A stretch of 64,000 bases of DNA. Origin: Macrostomum lignano (lineage: Eukaryota). Location of the stretch: NCBI GenBank assembly GCA_002269645.1, contig NIVC01000186.1, positions 372,001 through 436,000 of the forward strand, in the 5' to 3' direction. Position 1 is the stretch's first letter, and each line of letters opens with the position of its first letter. A program made the translations under genes and the position numbers. Shown here in pieces: positions 12,781-49,453 of the stretch. The notes under the pieces were generated by a model that was given only the letters and a program-made list of their open reading frames with translations, was not told the origin of the DNA and made no database searches.

Positions 12781-15313
12781 CTCAAGCTAGGCTAAGGTCC
12801 CAGGAGGTTGAGGTCCGAGCGGGCCAAAAACACCGGTTTAAATAGCCGCCAACTAGACCGCAGTTTGTTATAATGGAACACGTCGATTCTGATTGGCTGA
12901 GCCGTTTTGTTAAAATGAGCGCCGAATTTTCTGATTGGCTAAGCTTGTTGCTACACAGAATCACGTGACCGGGAGATCCTATCAGTTCCCACAGGGTCGT
13001 AAAAAGATGACAGGTGCGGCCATAAATCAATCAAAATCGCAACAAAATGATTTATGAATTTTCGCGTAGGATTGACAGAAATTAATGAAAAAATATACAT
13101 TAGAAAGCTCTTATTAAATAGAAAGTGAAGATAATGAAGAGAAATCACTAATCGCTAATCCCAAAGTACTTTTAGGGGTAAAAAGCATAGCTGTCAAAGC
13201 TGTCACACGCTTGAGTGAACACGAACAATAGGCTCTGACCTCATAAATCTTGATGGCCTGTCAAAATGATGAGAAAAAAGCTACCTCCCGCATCCTCTCA
13301 GACCATCTGGCACCCGCCTCAACACTGAGTGAGGCGCAGGTGGCTGTCAGACCAGCTTCGAAAGCGATGATTTATGACCCAAAAAGCTGCGCCTATGTTA
13401 TTATGACTACTAGTATGGCCAGACATTATATCTAGTATAGATTCTATGAAAATTCGCAGAAAAAGAATAAAAATGCCCTTAGCCTGCTGTCAGTAGGCTA
13501 GTAAGTTTAGAGCCCATGTGCTAGCGCGGGATTTGGAAAAAAGTGCGTCCTCATCATCTAGTTGAAAGCTTAGCTAGCCTTTTAAATATAAACTAGGTTT
13601 TAGGTCTACCTGGTACACACAACCTAACTTGTCCTGGGCTGGGACAATACTTAATAGGCCTACTAGGCCTAGCAGAGGCCAGGCTGGCCAGGGCCATGGC
13701 CATTAGCCAGGGCCCAGGGCCAGGGGCAATTCAATACAGTAGAAATAAATTTAAAAAGCTTCGTTTGTGAAACTTCGATTAAATCGAATTTCTTATTATA
13801 ATTAAAACATAAGCACAAAGAATTAATTTAGAAACAATCATTGGGCTAAGAGTCTTCTCAATTGTCTGCCCATGTCATGATGAAACATGTATGTGCAACA
13901 TGCAACATGCTGGAGCTAGAGCTTACCTAATTTTCTTTTAAACCTCGTGGTTGCTTTCGTCAAATTTCAAAAACATTTTTAAGCAGAATAATATTATTTA
14001 TTATTTATTAGAAAAATACATTAAAAAATAAGTCATAAGTGCATTTTTTTATATCGCTGAAGCGATCTGAAATTGTTTTACTCAGCAAGTAGGCGTATCT
14101 GTCAAAAACAACACTATTTTTAACTTTGTTGTACTGACTTTTTAATATGGCTTTCCATGAGTGTTGACGAATTGCAAGCGTAAATGATATCTACGTTTCT
14201 TTCTATACTTTACTAGAAAGCTACTTTCTTGATGATTATAATGAATGATTTTAATATTGTTTCTTGGTTCTTCCTTTGAATGATCACAAAATATATATTT
14301 GATTTGGCTCATTAATCCCGTAGCCGTAGCGTAGCTTTAATTTTAGATAACTGTGTATAGTTATAGTAGTTCTTGTAGATCGAAATTCCATAGGCTAAAC
14401 TCGTAAAACCTTGGATTTTTCTAGAGTGGAGCTTCTAAAATTTCAAGTTTGTTGGACTTGGCAGTAGACTCCATAGCGTAGACAACGACGGGCAATCGTT
14501 TAATTTGTCCAGGCCGTCCATTTACATTATTAGAATATGGTACACTTTACCCTGTTAGAGTTTTAGCTAAAAATTTTATCTACATATATTAAGTTTTGAA
14601 TCATGCTAAAGCCTCGAGTTTGCTGTGCCAACACAAAGGCAAGAAATTATCGACTTATAAAATTTATAATTAAATATAAAAAACAGCACGTTACCTCAGA
14701 TTAGAACTAATTTGCAATCTTTCGAAGTTTAAATAAGCTCGTGTTATGCATTTAAAGAATAAATTCTGGGATCAATGACCCCAGCCTATGCTTTCATATT
14801 TCATAGGGCTATTTAATTTTGATGTCGGCCAGTTATCTTCAAACGGCACTTGATTGAAATAGTCCAACGTGATGGGAAGATAATTTTGTTCAAGCTGAAA
14901 CTTTCCAAACTACTCCTAGGAAAATGAGATGGTCTAACATGTTTATTTAATGCTGGTTAACTAGCTGTTTTTTAGACTATTATTTGAATTTAATTTGATT
15001 ATGCCGTACGAGCTATTTACATTGACTATAGAAAAGCTTTGACTGCTCATCTTTAATAAACAATTAAATGTAGGAATTTCTGCTTCATAGTTTCTATTGA
15101 TTGGCATGTTAAAAAAAAGCAGTCATGACACTCAAAGGTGCTAAATTTTCTCTCGGATGAGACAGGCGTTGAAGAATAGCTAAAAAAGCAGCCCCTTCCA
15201 TTTCCCAACAATTCTGAGCGCGCTTGGAGCCTTGGACCAATGGGCGATGATCCTTAATTATGATTGCCCACCCCTAGACGCCCACCTCCTCCCTCTATGT
15301 ATGACAGCGACCA

Positions 15314-19329
<4,016 letters not shown>

Positions 19330-19410
19330 TTAATTATCATTGAATTGATTATGAAGTTGAACACTTCAATTTTTCACCATTAATTAGTTAGCTAATCTCA
19401 TGCGTTCGTA

Positions 19411-19838
19411 GCGACTTATCTCTGCAGCTTCGAGGTTGATCACAAGATTGGTCACAGACAGTAGCGAGTTATCTCTGTAGCTTCGAGGTTGATCACAAGA
19501 TTGGTCACAGACAGTAGCGAGTTATCTCTGCAGCTTCGAGGTTGATCACAAGATTGGTCTCAGACAGTAGCGAGTTATCTCTGTAGCTTCGAGGTTGATC
19601 ACAAGATTGGTCTCAGACAGTAGCGAGTTATCTCTGCAGCTTCGAGGTTGATCACAAGATTGGTCTCAGACAGTAGCGAGTTATCTCTGTAGCTTCGAGG
19701 TTGATCACAAGATTGGTCACAGACAGTAGCGAGTTATCTCTGCAGCTTCGAGGTTGATCACAAGATTGGTCACAGACAGTAGCGAGTTATCTCTGCAGCT
19801 TCGAGATTGATCACAAGATTGGTCACAGGCAGTAGTGA
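19411..19838. repeat. 53-bp minisatellite, about 8 copies, just 3' of the WD40 stop codon
   Basis: Unit GCGAGTTATCTCTGYAGCTTCGAGGTTGATCACAAGATTGGTCWCAGACAGTA; starts at 19464 and 19517 are 53 apart. Confidence 0.95.
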
Positions 19839-20771
19839 GTTGCCTTTGAATTCAAAAGTTTCAACTCATTTGAACAAATATAAAATCGATTTCTATATTA
19901 TTTAAATGGACCTTTCCGCCGTAGTCTAACTCTGCGTACGGATGCGTTCGCACCGTAACGGCTTTACGCACTTATTTAAAAACTTTTAAATTCTCTTTCT
20001 TCATTGAAAACAGCAAGAGTAAACATTCATATGAAAATTGCAATTTTGTGCCTCTATTTTTCGCTTTTTTTACTTTTCGTTTGTATTTATCAATTTTAGC
20101 AGTTTTTCTACTGATCTGAATTTTTAGCCCAGCTTAGCTAATCATGCAATACTCGGAAATCTCTTTTTATCGCAATTTCCCGAATATTTACAAATCAGTA
20201 GTTGCTACAGTAGTATTTAGCATACAACATGCTTATTTTGTATTTAACCAACAAATATTTCATTTATTATAGCGACATGCCGACATTTCCTGTCGCTTCT
20301 GCTTTCCTAACAGTAGCTACTAACGAATCTGCATTCCCTTTCTCCGAATTAGTATTTTGGCTATTCTCTGTCATTCTTTACCAGCAACTCATTCAATTAG
20401 TCAATTCGTGCAAAAATGCTTTTTAGCCAGATATTCAAACTTTGAAACATTGTAACAAACTTTTTTATCAAATATATTATTTCAAGTTCTTCCACCCATG
20501 AAGACACGGACTCTGCTCTGTAGAGAATTAGATTTTACCATTTTTCGGCTCTGCCACCTGATTTTGGCTTCCAGCTGCTCAGATGCTATAATTCTGTTTA
20601 TTAAAGAGCATCAGCGGCAAAGTAAATGCAATGGCATTGATTAATTAGCGATCTGCTTTCATTTATTTTTGTAAGTTGCTTGTACTCAGCTAGGTTTTTT
20701 AGTAAAAAAGACAAATATTTATCTTCTTGACCATTCTCTTCCATTTTTCACCGTCAGGTACTTCAGGCCAA

Positions 20772-21160
20772 GGCTTAGCCAATCAGGGTAGAGCTGATAG
20801 GCTGGGGCAAGATGGGGGAGGGTTTCACAAACAAAAGAGAGATAACGGAGAGAAAGAAAGTCCGGCTCAGCCAAGCAGGGCAGATAGGCTGAGACAAGAG
20901 GGAGAAGGCCGGGGTCACAAACAACCGAGGGAGAGATAAAGAGCGAGAGGGCCTGGCTCAGTCAATCAGGATAGAGCTGATAGCCTGGGGCAAGAGGGTG
21001 GAGGAGGGGTCACAAACAAAAGGGGGAGACACGGAGAGAGAGAGACCGGCTCAGCCAATCAAGATAGAGCTGATAGCCTGGGGCAAGAGGGTGGAGGAGT
21101 GGTCACAAACAAAAGGGGGAGACACGGAGAGAGAGAGACCGGCTCAGCCAATCAGCGACA
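20772..21160 (+). repeat. ~92-93-bp tandem array; most units carry a CCAATC motif
   Basis: Unit starts at about 20772, 20864, 20955, 21048 and 21141. Confidence 0.85.
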
Positions 21161-21871
21161 CCCGGGCACACCAGACAGGGGAGGCGCAAAGCCTCAGTCC
21201 ACCGCCAACCAGCCTTAACCCTCTGGAGCCGAGACTTCCCGAGACTGACATTCACATCAGTGCAAGCAAGACAATAAATAATAAAACCACACTACTGAGG
21301 TACAGAAAGCAAAGATACAGTATGATATTCCAATACTATAAGTACGAGCTCTGTAACCAGGTACAACAATGGCCGACGCTAAGATAACCTAAGGCACTGA
21401 ATACATGCATGTAGCAGATTATTCTATTAACATCGAGAGGTTGGTCTCGACATTGAACTCCAAACTTCAAGGTTCGATTGAGAACACGAGTGCAGTTCTG
21501 AACTGATTTTCACCCAGAAGAAGGGAGTGAGCTTATAGTTTTCTCTGAATAATTCCTTGCCATCGCCATGCGCTGCTGCATTTCAGAGCATTTTTATCGC
21601 GACTCACAAGTGAGGGCTGCTCTAAAGTAGCTGCCCCATGGGGGAAGCAATCAACTCGCACTATTTACCTGTAATGTTTCTCTCGTTACCCTTGGTAACC
21701 AATCAGCCTCTATCTCAATTAATTATTCAATCCGTGACCAAGAGACAGAGGGACAGCGCAATCAAAAGTCGCTCTATGAATTATTGATGCCAGGCTGACC
21801 ACAGGCGACAGTACTTGGAGAATAGGATTTCGGGATAATTAACCTTGTCGGCCGGGATGCTCAGCAACTTT

Positions 21872-21877
21872 TATAAA
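21872..21877 (+). promoter_or_regulatory. Candidate TATA box of the mosaic gene
   Basis: TATAAA about 125 bp upstream of the ATG at 21999; positional evidence only. Confidence 0.35.
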
Positions 21878-21998
21878 GCCAACCAAACTCAAGCGCTCCC
21901 GACCGCAGCTACAATTTGAGTAGTTCATCGTCAAGACTTCGCTCTGCTCAAGCTTTGCCTGAACTTCTCCAGTGATCTCCAGTCGCTAAAGCGCACTG

Positions 21999-41714
<19,716 letters not shown>

Positions 41715-42605
41715 AGGCGGTTGTGCAGATTACCACCGGAAGAGTTTGAAATTGGTGGCTTTTTTTGAAGCCAATTCAACTAACGCTCTGGGATTTTCAT
41801 TGTTTTTGTAGACTCTACAGAGCAATAACTCGCAATCAGAGTAGTAAATTCCTATCGTTAATTAAAACTAAAATAAATATATGCCACTATAAATTGTTAC
41901 GAACTAAAGCACCACTTGATATAATGGCTAACTGCAATAAAGATTTAGTTCTGAACTTTCTTTGTACTACACTTGTACTACATGATGGCGAAAAGCCGTC
42001 TTTTATATCGTTGTTTCTTTTCATTTTCAATTGTCGTACGTACAACGGTGTATGCCGTACGCTACACTCTCTGCCCAACATTATTCATGACTCATTCTCT
42101 CGCCTAAACTTGTTTACCAATTTTTGACCAATCATGCATCGCTTCACCCTCGCATCCAATATCGACTAATAAATTTATTGAGCAAACAAAGCCACCTTAC
42201 CAAACACCTGACGAATGACAGCTCAGTACTGGTTGGACAGACCTGGAAGGGTCTAATTGGTGTTTCAAGTAGTGATTGACTAGGTGTCGGGCTGATGTTC
42301 TTAACTGCTGCTGCTATGGCTTGCTAAGTGAATCGATTCATTCAGTAAGAGTTCCAGTCCAATCTTGTATAAATGGGCTGGATCACGGCTGACAAAAAAA
42401 GAAGACAACTCCTAAAGACCGCGTCTTAAAATAAGCAGGAACCAAGTTGTTTATTACAACCAAGTTTACACACACCTGGTATAACTGAAAATGCCTCATC
42501 AGGTTTGAGATTTTTAAAATGGCACAAAATCACAAATTTTGCTACACGTACCCAAGGCGACGTCACCGTTGCTATGGGGGTAGTTATAATGAAAAATAGT
42601 CAAAC

Positions 42606-45492
42606 TCAGGTAGCAGTGCCGTTGACATTTTCGTCGTTATCAGCTGTCGAATCGTTGCGACCATCAATGTCAGACCGCCTGACTGGCGGTGCCGCTTCGG
42701 TGTCGAACTTTTCTTCAAAAGACAGCACTTGACGATTAAGCAGTCGGGGCGCTAACAAAGAAATAAGAATGGCGCCAAGGGGCGCAGTTATAACAATGGC
42801 TAGCACGGACACTGTCAATATCTGGGCACCCATGGCCTGAGCTTTGGGTCCGGCGCCGGTTCTGCAAGTTGAATAAATTGGTTTGGGCATTGTGGTTAAT
42901 TTAATGTTAGCAGATTCCGGACTAATTCGGCCTTTGTCGGTGCCACTAACCTTACGACGTATGTATCGCACCTTTTAGTGCAGAACTAACTCCTAGTATT
43001 TCTTTGTGTGGGCACCGTGGCGCAACGCCTTCGGCGGCATCGGTTAGACAATTTTATCCATTTCGAAGACTCCTGAGCACACACAAACGCACGGATACTG
43101 TGTGCCGACATCCAATCATACCTACGCTCACACAGAGTGTACAGCGGCTCTTGACTTTTTTCGTTAGGCATGTACACTTTCTGTGCCTTGGGGTTGGCTC
43201 TCGTGGGTGTGAATTGAAACCCTCAACCAATTTTTTTAAGTACATTCCACAAATAAATGTGGCCACGCCGCACAGAATTGAAACAGATCGAGAGCACCGC
43301 TGAATTGCTTTCCCCCTAGAAGTACTCTGACCGAACGCACCTGTAGGCAGTGTCCAACACGGCTGGCCCAATAACAGCCTGCACGGTGGCCTTGGGCAGC
43401 CAGGCAAACGGAATGAAGAATCGCTCCCTTACGGTGAAACCCGCCCCAGTCACGGCGACAAACGCGGCAATCATGCGGAACAGCAGTCCGATGAACAGCG
43501 TGGCCAAGATATAACCGATAGCGTCGGCTTGAAGGCTCCCAACGTCGATTTCAAAGCCGATAAGGCCGAAAAGCATCGGCTGCGCGATCCTCCAGCAGAC
43601 TTCCAGCTGGAAAGCGGGTTGTGATTGAAATTGCCATCAATTTAAATATTCCTGCCCTTAATAATCTATGTTGGCAATCAAGGAACAATCCCTACAAAGG
43701 AACAACCCTACAAGGAACAATCCCTACAAGGAACAATCCCTGCAAGGAACAATCCCTACAAGGAACAATCCCTACAAGGAACAATCCCTACAAGGAACAA
43801 TCCCTACAAGGAACAATCCCTGCAAGGAACAATCCCTACAAGGAACAATCCCTACAAGGAACAACCCTACAAGGAACAACCCTACAAGGAACAATCCCTA
43901 CAAGGAACAATCCCTACAAGGAACAACCCTACAAGGAACAATCCCTACAAGGAAAAATCCCTACAAGGAACAATCCCTGCAAGGAACAATCCCTACAAGG
44001 AACAATCCCTGCAAGGAACAATCCCTACAAGGAACAATCCCTAGAAGGAACAATCCCTACAAGGAACAACCCTACAAGGAACAATCCCTACAAGGAACAA
44101 TCCCTACAAGGAACAATCCCTAAGATGAACAATCCCTAAGATGAACAATCCCTACAATGAAAAATCCCTACAAGGAACAATCCCTACAAGGAACAATCCC
44201 TACAAGGAACAACCCTACAAAACAATTGATGGAGATCTAAAAAAAGATTGGATCTTATCAGTATTGACTATAACCTCCAGGACGCACCGGTCCTAACAGT
44301 GGATTTTCCTCATCTGACCAGCCATCGCGAGAGCGCCAGCCGATGGCCGCCATGAAAGCGACAGTAAGGCAGGCCAGAGCCCCGGCGCCATGCAGTTTGA
44401 GTGCAACAGAGCCAAGCAGTGAGATGATGCCGCTGGCTAATAGAAAGCAAAATCTGAAAAATAGGAAGCGGCGGTGACCAGCTGGTGGCAGGAACCACAG
44501 CAACACGCCCAGGATGAGTCCAACGACGATGCCTAGTAGAGCTTCTAGCGGGCCGCGGGCGATGGTCAGAGCAAGGCTCTCATTGCCGCCGAACACGACG
44601 CTAAGCAGTACGCCGAACCCTGTAATTGCCAGCACATCGTCGACGCTAGCAGCCGCAATAAGTAGCGTCGGAATCCCCTTGGCAACGCCGTAGCCCTCCG
44701 AGCCGATAGCCAGCATGGATGGCACAACAACAGCCGGAGAAACGGCTGCCAGGACGAAGCCCAATAGGAAACCGTAAGTCCAGGGCAGTTTAAGCAGCAG
44801 GTGGGACGCGAAGCCAATAGTTACAGCCTCGGTTATGCAGGGTGAGAAAGCCAGCAGGACGACGTGCAGGGACAGAGCGCGCAGCCGCTTCGGGTCGAGG
44901 CCCAGACCGGCTCGCAGTAGAATGATGCACAGAGCCACGCTTCGCAGAGTTGACGACAGAGTCTTGTCGATGCCGAGAGCGAATTTCGCCAGAAACGGGA
45001 CGCTGCGCATAAAGCAGCCGGCAATGAGCATGCCGAGCAGTTTTGGACAACGGGGAATCAGACCGAACAGCTCGCCTGTGAGCATGGAAATCGTGAATAC
45101 CAGGTAGAGACCGAACAAGCCGCCAGTGCAGTTCAGCTTCTTTGATGGGGTGCCAGCGTTGGATTGATTTGATTTTGTCGAGTTGCTACTGTTAGTAGAC
45201 TCTGGCAGTTGCGCGTCACGCAAGAGCCAGGCACAGACCGGTCAGGGACCAGAGACCAGAGTGTGGCATACATCAGCAGCAAAATAGTTATGCCAGTTAA
45301 CAGTCTGCCAGTTCGACCGTGGGGCGGGCACAGCAAGTCGTGATGCAGTTTCTGGGCTATGCTAGGGTCGTCTGGCAGCTGGTGCCTCTCTGCAAGGCAC
45401 CAATTGTAGCAAGTTCTGTCGCAGCACCGCGTGCAGGCTGAGGGTGGCTCGGCCATCTCCCTCACTGAACCATCAGGCGGTTCTTTTACTGC
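42606..45492 (-). CDS. NHA2: Na+/H+ antiporter of the NHA (SLC9B) family; exons 45492-44288, 43606-43341, 42861-42606; 1-nt frameshift near 45240-45200; possible upstream exon 47687-47634
   Basis: CPPHG, GLGLD, LAAVSPAVVVP, GIPTLLIAAASVDDVLAI (the NHA-type DD motif), QPMLFGLIG, AWLPKATVQA and AIVITAPLGA. The three exons sum to 3n+2. Orthologue versus paralogue not resolved. Confidence 0.9.
43675..44222. repeat. 16-bp minisatellite (ACAAGGAACAATCCCT) in the NHA intron
   Basis: Tandem copies. Confidence 0.96.
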
Positions 45493-46384
45493 CTGGAATA
45501 GCAGGGTTTGAATTGTATTGTATGAGAGCCAGTAAAATGTTGCATCGGTTTTACCTTTCTATACGAGTTCGTAGCTATACATTCAACGTCCTACTTAAGT
45601 GTTGACTATTTTAGCTAAGACATTGAGTTGAGATCAGTTACAATTAAGTAATGCGATGCAACATTTTTTGATTATTTCGTTGTTGATAAACAAATTTTCC
45701 TAATATTTAGTGGCTAAGCTATACGATCAAATATTAAATAAACATATAAGTTGCAGAGCATAAACATTGATTCCATATTCACGCAAAACATTTCCTACAA
45801 ACGACATCATCTGCTTACTGCCTAAAGAAAAAAAGCTAAGCATCAAAATATTTTTAAGTTGATAGAAGTTTGAATGTCTGAGAGATATTCCTAAAAACCT
45901 TTGTGAACATAAAATGCGAGCTATTTGAGTAGCACATGGACTCTGCAAAGTAAAACATATAAATACGAGCGTACATGCAAGTCTACTATCGAGTTACATG
46001 ATCGAGTTACAGAGTCGATCACTTTCTTAAACTTGATTATGGAATCAACAATGAATCTACGAGCTATATCTAGATATTGTGTGCAGAGCTACTTTTTCTG
46101 TCTCGCTTTTCACAAGAGTGGCTCCAACACGGTCAATTTTTGAGCCTCAAGAATTAAGAGTTAAGACTTCCTGTCATCCCAACGGATTCTACATTGCCCT
46201 TCTCCAATTATCCATCAAACGAAGCTTTTTCAACAAGCTTATTGATTTGACTGATTTAAATTGGTGCCAATTTATTTCCGGTGATTACTTTGCATTTGCT
46301 ATGTTGTTTGCTTGTTGCGATTTAGGGTATTCACTTCTCATTCTCATTGAATCTCAGTTGCATTAAAATGCAGCAAGCGTTAGA

Positions 46385-46718
46385 CACTAATAATAATAGT
46401 GTTAATAATAATAACTATGGTGATAATTATAATATTAATAGTAATAACATAATAACTAAATAAATGGGCAGATGGGCAACCAATACCTCAGCAGCAGCTA
46501 TTGCGCGGCGCATCTGAAGGCTGCGACGTACGGCTGTTCAGTGCAAGGAGTGGGGGGTCGCCACACACACCGTCAATTACCCCAGCTAATGCTGGCACCC
46601 ATTTTACAGATGGGTGAACTGAAGCAATGCAAAGTTAAGTGTCTTGCTCAAGGACGAAAATTGTTTCAGTGGAATCGAAAATCGAATTCTCGACCTTTCA
46701 AACGTGAATCCGACGCTC
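46385..46718 (-). mobile_element. 5'-truncated CORE-type SINE (same family as 22544)
   Basis: Reverse complement contains GTCCTTGAGCAAGACACTTAAC and CCCATCTGTAAAATGGG, the shared 3' body and an ATT-rich tail. Confidence 0.8.
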
Positions 46719-46724
46719 AAATCA

Positions 46725-47365
46725 GCAGGCTACATCCCCTTACAGGCTAAATCCTCTTGTAGGCTACATCCCCTTACAGGCTAAATCCTCTTGTAGGCTA
46801 CATCCCCTTGCAGGCTACATCCCCTTGCAGGCTACATCCCCTTACAGGCTAAATCCTCTTGTAGGCTACATCCCCTTGCAGGCTACATCCCCTTGCAGGC
46901 TACATCCCCTTGCAGGCTAAATCCCCTTGCAGGCTACATCCCCTTGCAGGCTACATCCCCTTGCAGGCTACATCCCCTTGCAGGCTACATCCCCTTGCAG
47001 GCTAAATCCCCTTGCAGGCTACATCCCCTTGCAGGCTAAATCCCCTTGCAGGCTACATCCCCTTGCAGGCTACATCCCCTTGCAGGCTACATCCCCTTGC
47101 AGGCTAAATCCTCTTGCAGGCTACATCCCTTTGCAGGCTAAATCCTCTTGCAGGCCACATCCCCTTGCAGGCTACATCCCCTTGCAGGCTAAATCCTCTT
47201 GCAGGCTAAATTCCATTGCAGGCTACATCCCCTTGCAGGCTACATCCCCTTGCAGGCTACATCCCCTTGCAGGCTAAATCCTCTTGCAGGCTACATCCCC
47301 TTGCAGGCTAAATCCTCTTGCAGGCTACATCCCCTTGCAGGCTACATCCCCTTGCAGGCTACATC
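46725..47365. repeat. 17-bp minisatellite (GGCTACATCCCCTTGCA)
   Basis: Tandem copies abutting the SINE end. Confidence 0.95.
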
Positions 47366-48933
47366 CATGCACTACGGTACCAATACCATGCACAAAAATC
47401 GTGTGCGTAGGCCTATTTTCTCTTAATGACGGTTGACAACTCGTGAAAAGAGTACGTCTACCAAAAACTCATCTACTCGACCGTGCATGGGTGACAGCTA
47501 CAGTACATTTTATTCTTGGAGCACATATTTTAATGTATTACCCACTTTTTACCCGATTCGCTCGTAAGCTGACGCTTTACAGAGAAAGTGAGTACCTCCT
47601 GAATTCAGCACTAAATCAATTTAATTACCTCACCTTCTGGACTTCCAATAGCAAATTAAGCAAGTATACGTTTGGTCCATGGCGCATTCACAAGGTTGCC
47701 AATTAGTTGAAAGGTTAGAAATGCCAGAAATGAAACCGGCCGGACTAAAAGTATAATTTGGGCAAATTATGTCTCTTACGAAGTATATTGTGAGTAATTA
47801 TTCTAATAAGACTTTTTTAGACTGACAAGTATAGCTATTCGCGGTCAAGACTGTCTGGGGTAGAGCCTTTTTTATGAAGCACAATTTTTGCTATGTACTG
47901 ATGCACATTAACCATGGCCTTGGACCACAGACAGCGGAAGTTAAACGTACTCTAAGAGCTACATGCAGCTCGATTCACTACATTTACGAGCTTACTATCG
48001 GGTAAAAACTTCGAGAATCCGTCTAAAAAGGATGTTGAAATTGATAAATTGGTAACTAATCTTGGCCAACATGGCGAATAAGAAAGAAATCCTAAAACTT
48101 TTTGATCGGATTAATATATATTTGGCTTCCTCGTAAATTCACACACTTCCTCAAACTGAGTTGGTGCAAATAATAAGTATAACTGTTCACGATTAATTTA
48201 AACTTCTGGACTTCTTTAAGCAAATGAGGAGATAAGGTAAAAAGCTTATCCATCTACTGTATACTGAACAAAGAAAGGGCCGTCAGACCAAAAGTTTCCC
48301 GATAGAGCAGCAGGTCAAGAATAATGCATCCTCGCCCAACCAATCAGAACTTCAAGCTGCCGCGGTGTGACCATGCAGGAAGTTCACTGCAGTGACCGAG
48401 AAAACCAGGCAGGGTGCTGCCGCTATTCTTAGACGATGAATGCTGTTTGCTTCTGTTAGTCGATGATTATATCTGATATCTGGGGAGTCTTAGTCGCTGA
48501 CTCGATATACATGTATGACGAGGGGCCGGCAGCCCTTTTTTCGTATGAAGGGGAGGAAATGAGAGTTGCGAGCGGGTCGGCAACGTTAGTGGCCGTGAGC
48601 AGGACAGGTCAGAATCCTTAGTAGTCCTTAAGGCTTCTCCGTCCAAAAAGTATAAGAGCTATTGCCCTTGTATTGCCCGCCAATATTTTTCTTCTTCTTC
48701 CCGACGCGCCATAAGAAATAATCATAAAATCAATAAAAACGAGATAAAAGCAGACTAAGGACAAAGTTACTTATTATTTTTTATTGAATTTCAGTGTTAT
48801 ACAATCTACTGGTGTTCATTTATTCGTTTGGATTTGCACAATCGTATCATGATGAATGTGCCATATTGTTTAATATACGAGTACACTGCACTTTATGCCG
48901 ACGGATCAAATGATACTAAAATCCGTTTTCTTG

Positions 48934-49178
48934 GCACGCGAAGGTGTATTCAGCACGCCAGTGAAGTATGAGACAGACTAGGCCTATAGGCTACGGTCTG
49001 CGATGCTTCACCCCTGCCCCTATCTTTGGCAGGTCAAGGCTGGTGGGAGGTCTGCACCCTCTATTTGCCTCTGGCAGCCGCAGACCCCCCCCCCCACGCT
49101 GTCTCGCAAGTCGACCCAGGGTACTCGTCCCCGCGTGTGTTCAAGGCAGACCCTAGGGCTGCTGGACAGACTGGGCTC
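48934..49178 (+). ncRNA. HDV-like (delta) self-cleaving ribozyme with a ~170-nt J1/2
   Basis: P1 48934-40/49132-38 (G1-U wobble); P2 49113-18/49172-78; P3 49119-21/49129-31; L3 UACUCGU; P1.1 AC/GU; P4 about 49141-66; J4/2 CAGAC with catalytic C at 49167. Confidence 0.8.
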
Positions 49179-49453
49179 CGGCGCTGGCGACCCTATCCAG
49201 TGGCTTCGGCCGAATTTGGGTATGCGGGTCTGGCTCGCCAACCTGCAGGCCGTAGTACTGCTCAACGTACTCTCTAATGCCTAAGGTGTTGACCGTGCCG
49301 ATGGGCTGGAAGGCCGGGGAGTAGTCCGGTCGCAAGCGGTCCCCCTCCTGGTGTCGGGCCAGCCTTGAGGGTTCTATTGGCCTACTGCCCGGTCAGGTGG
49401 AGCGGCCGGGTGGGTACCGCGCCCCTTTGAGGGTAGCCCACCAACCTTTTATC

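Noticed and set aside
49300-49400. Second HDV-like candidate (CGG-TCCCCCTC-CTG)
   Set aside because: L3 lacks the conserved G and no adjacent P1 or P2 partner was found.
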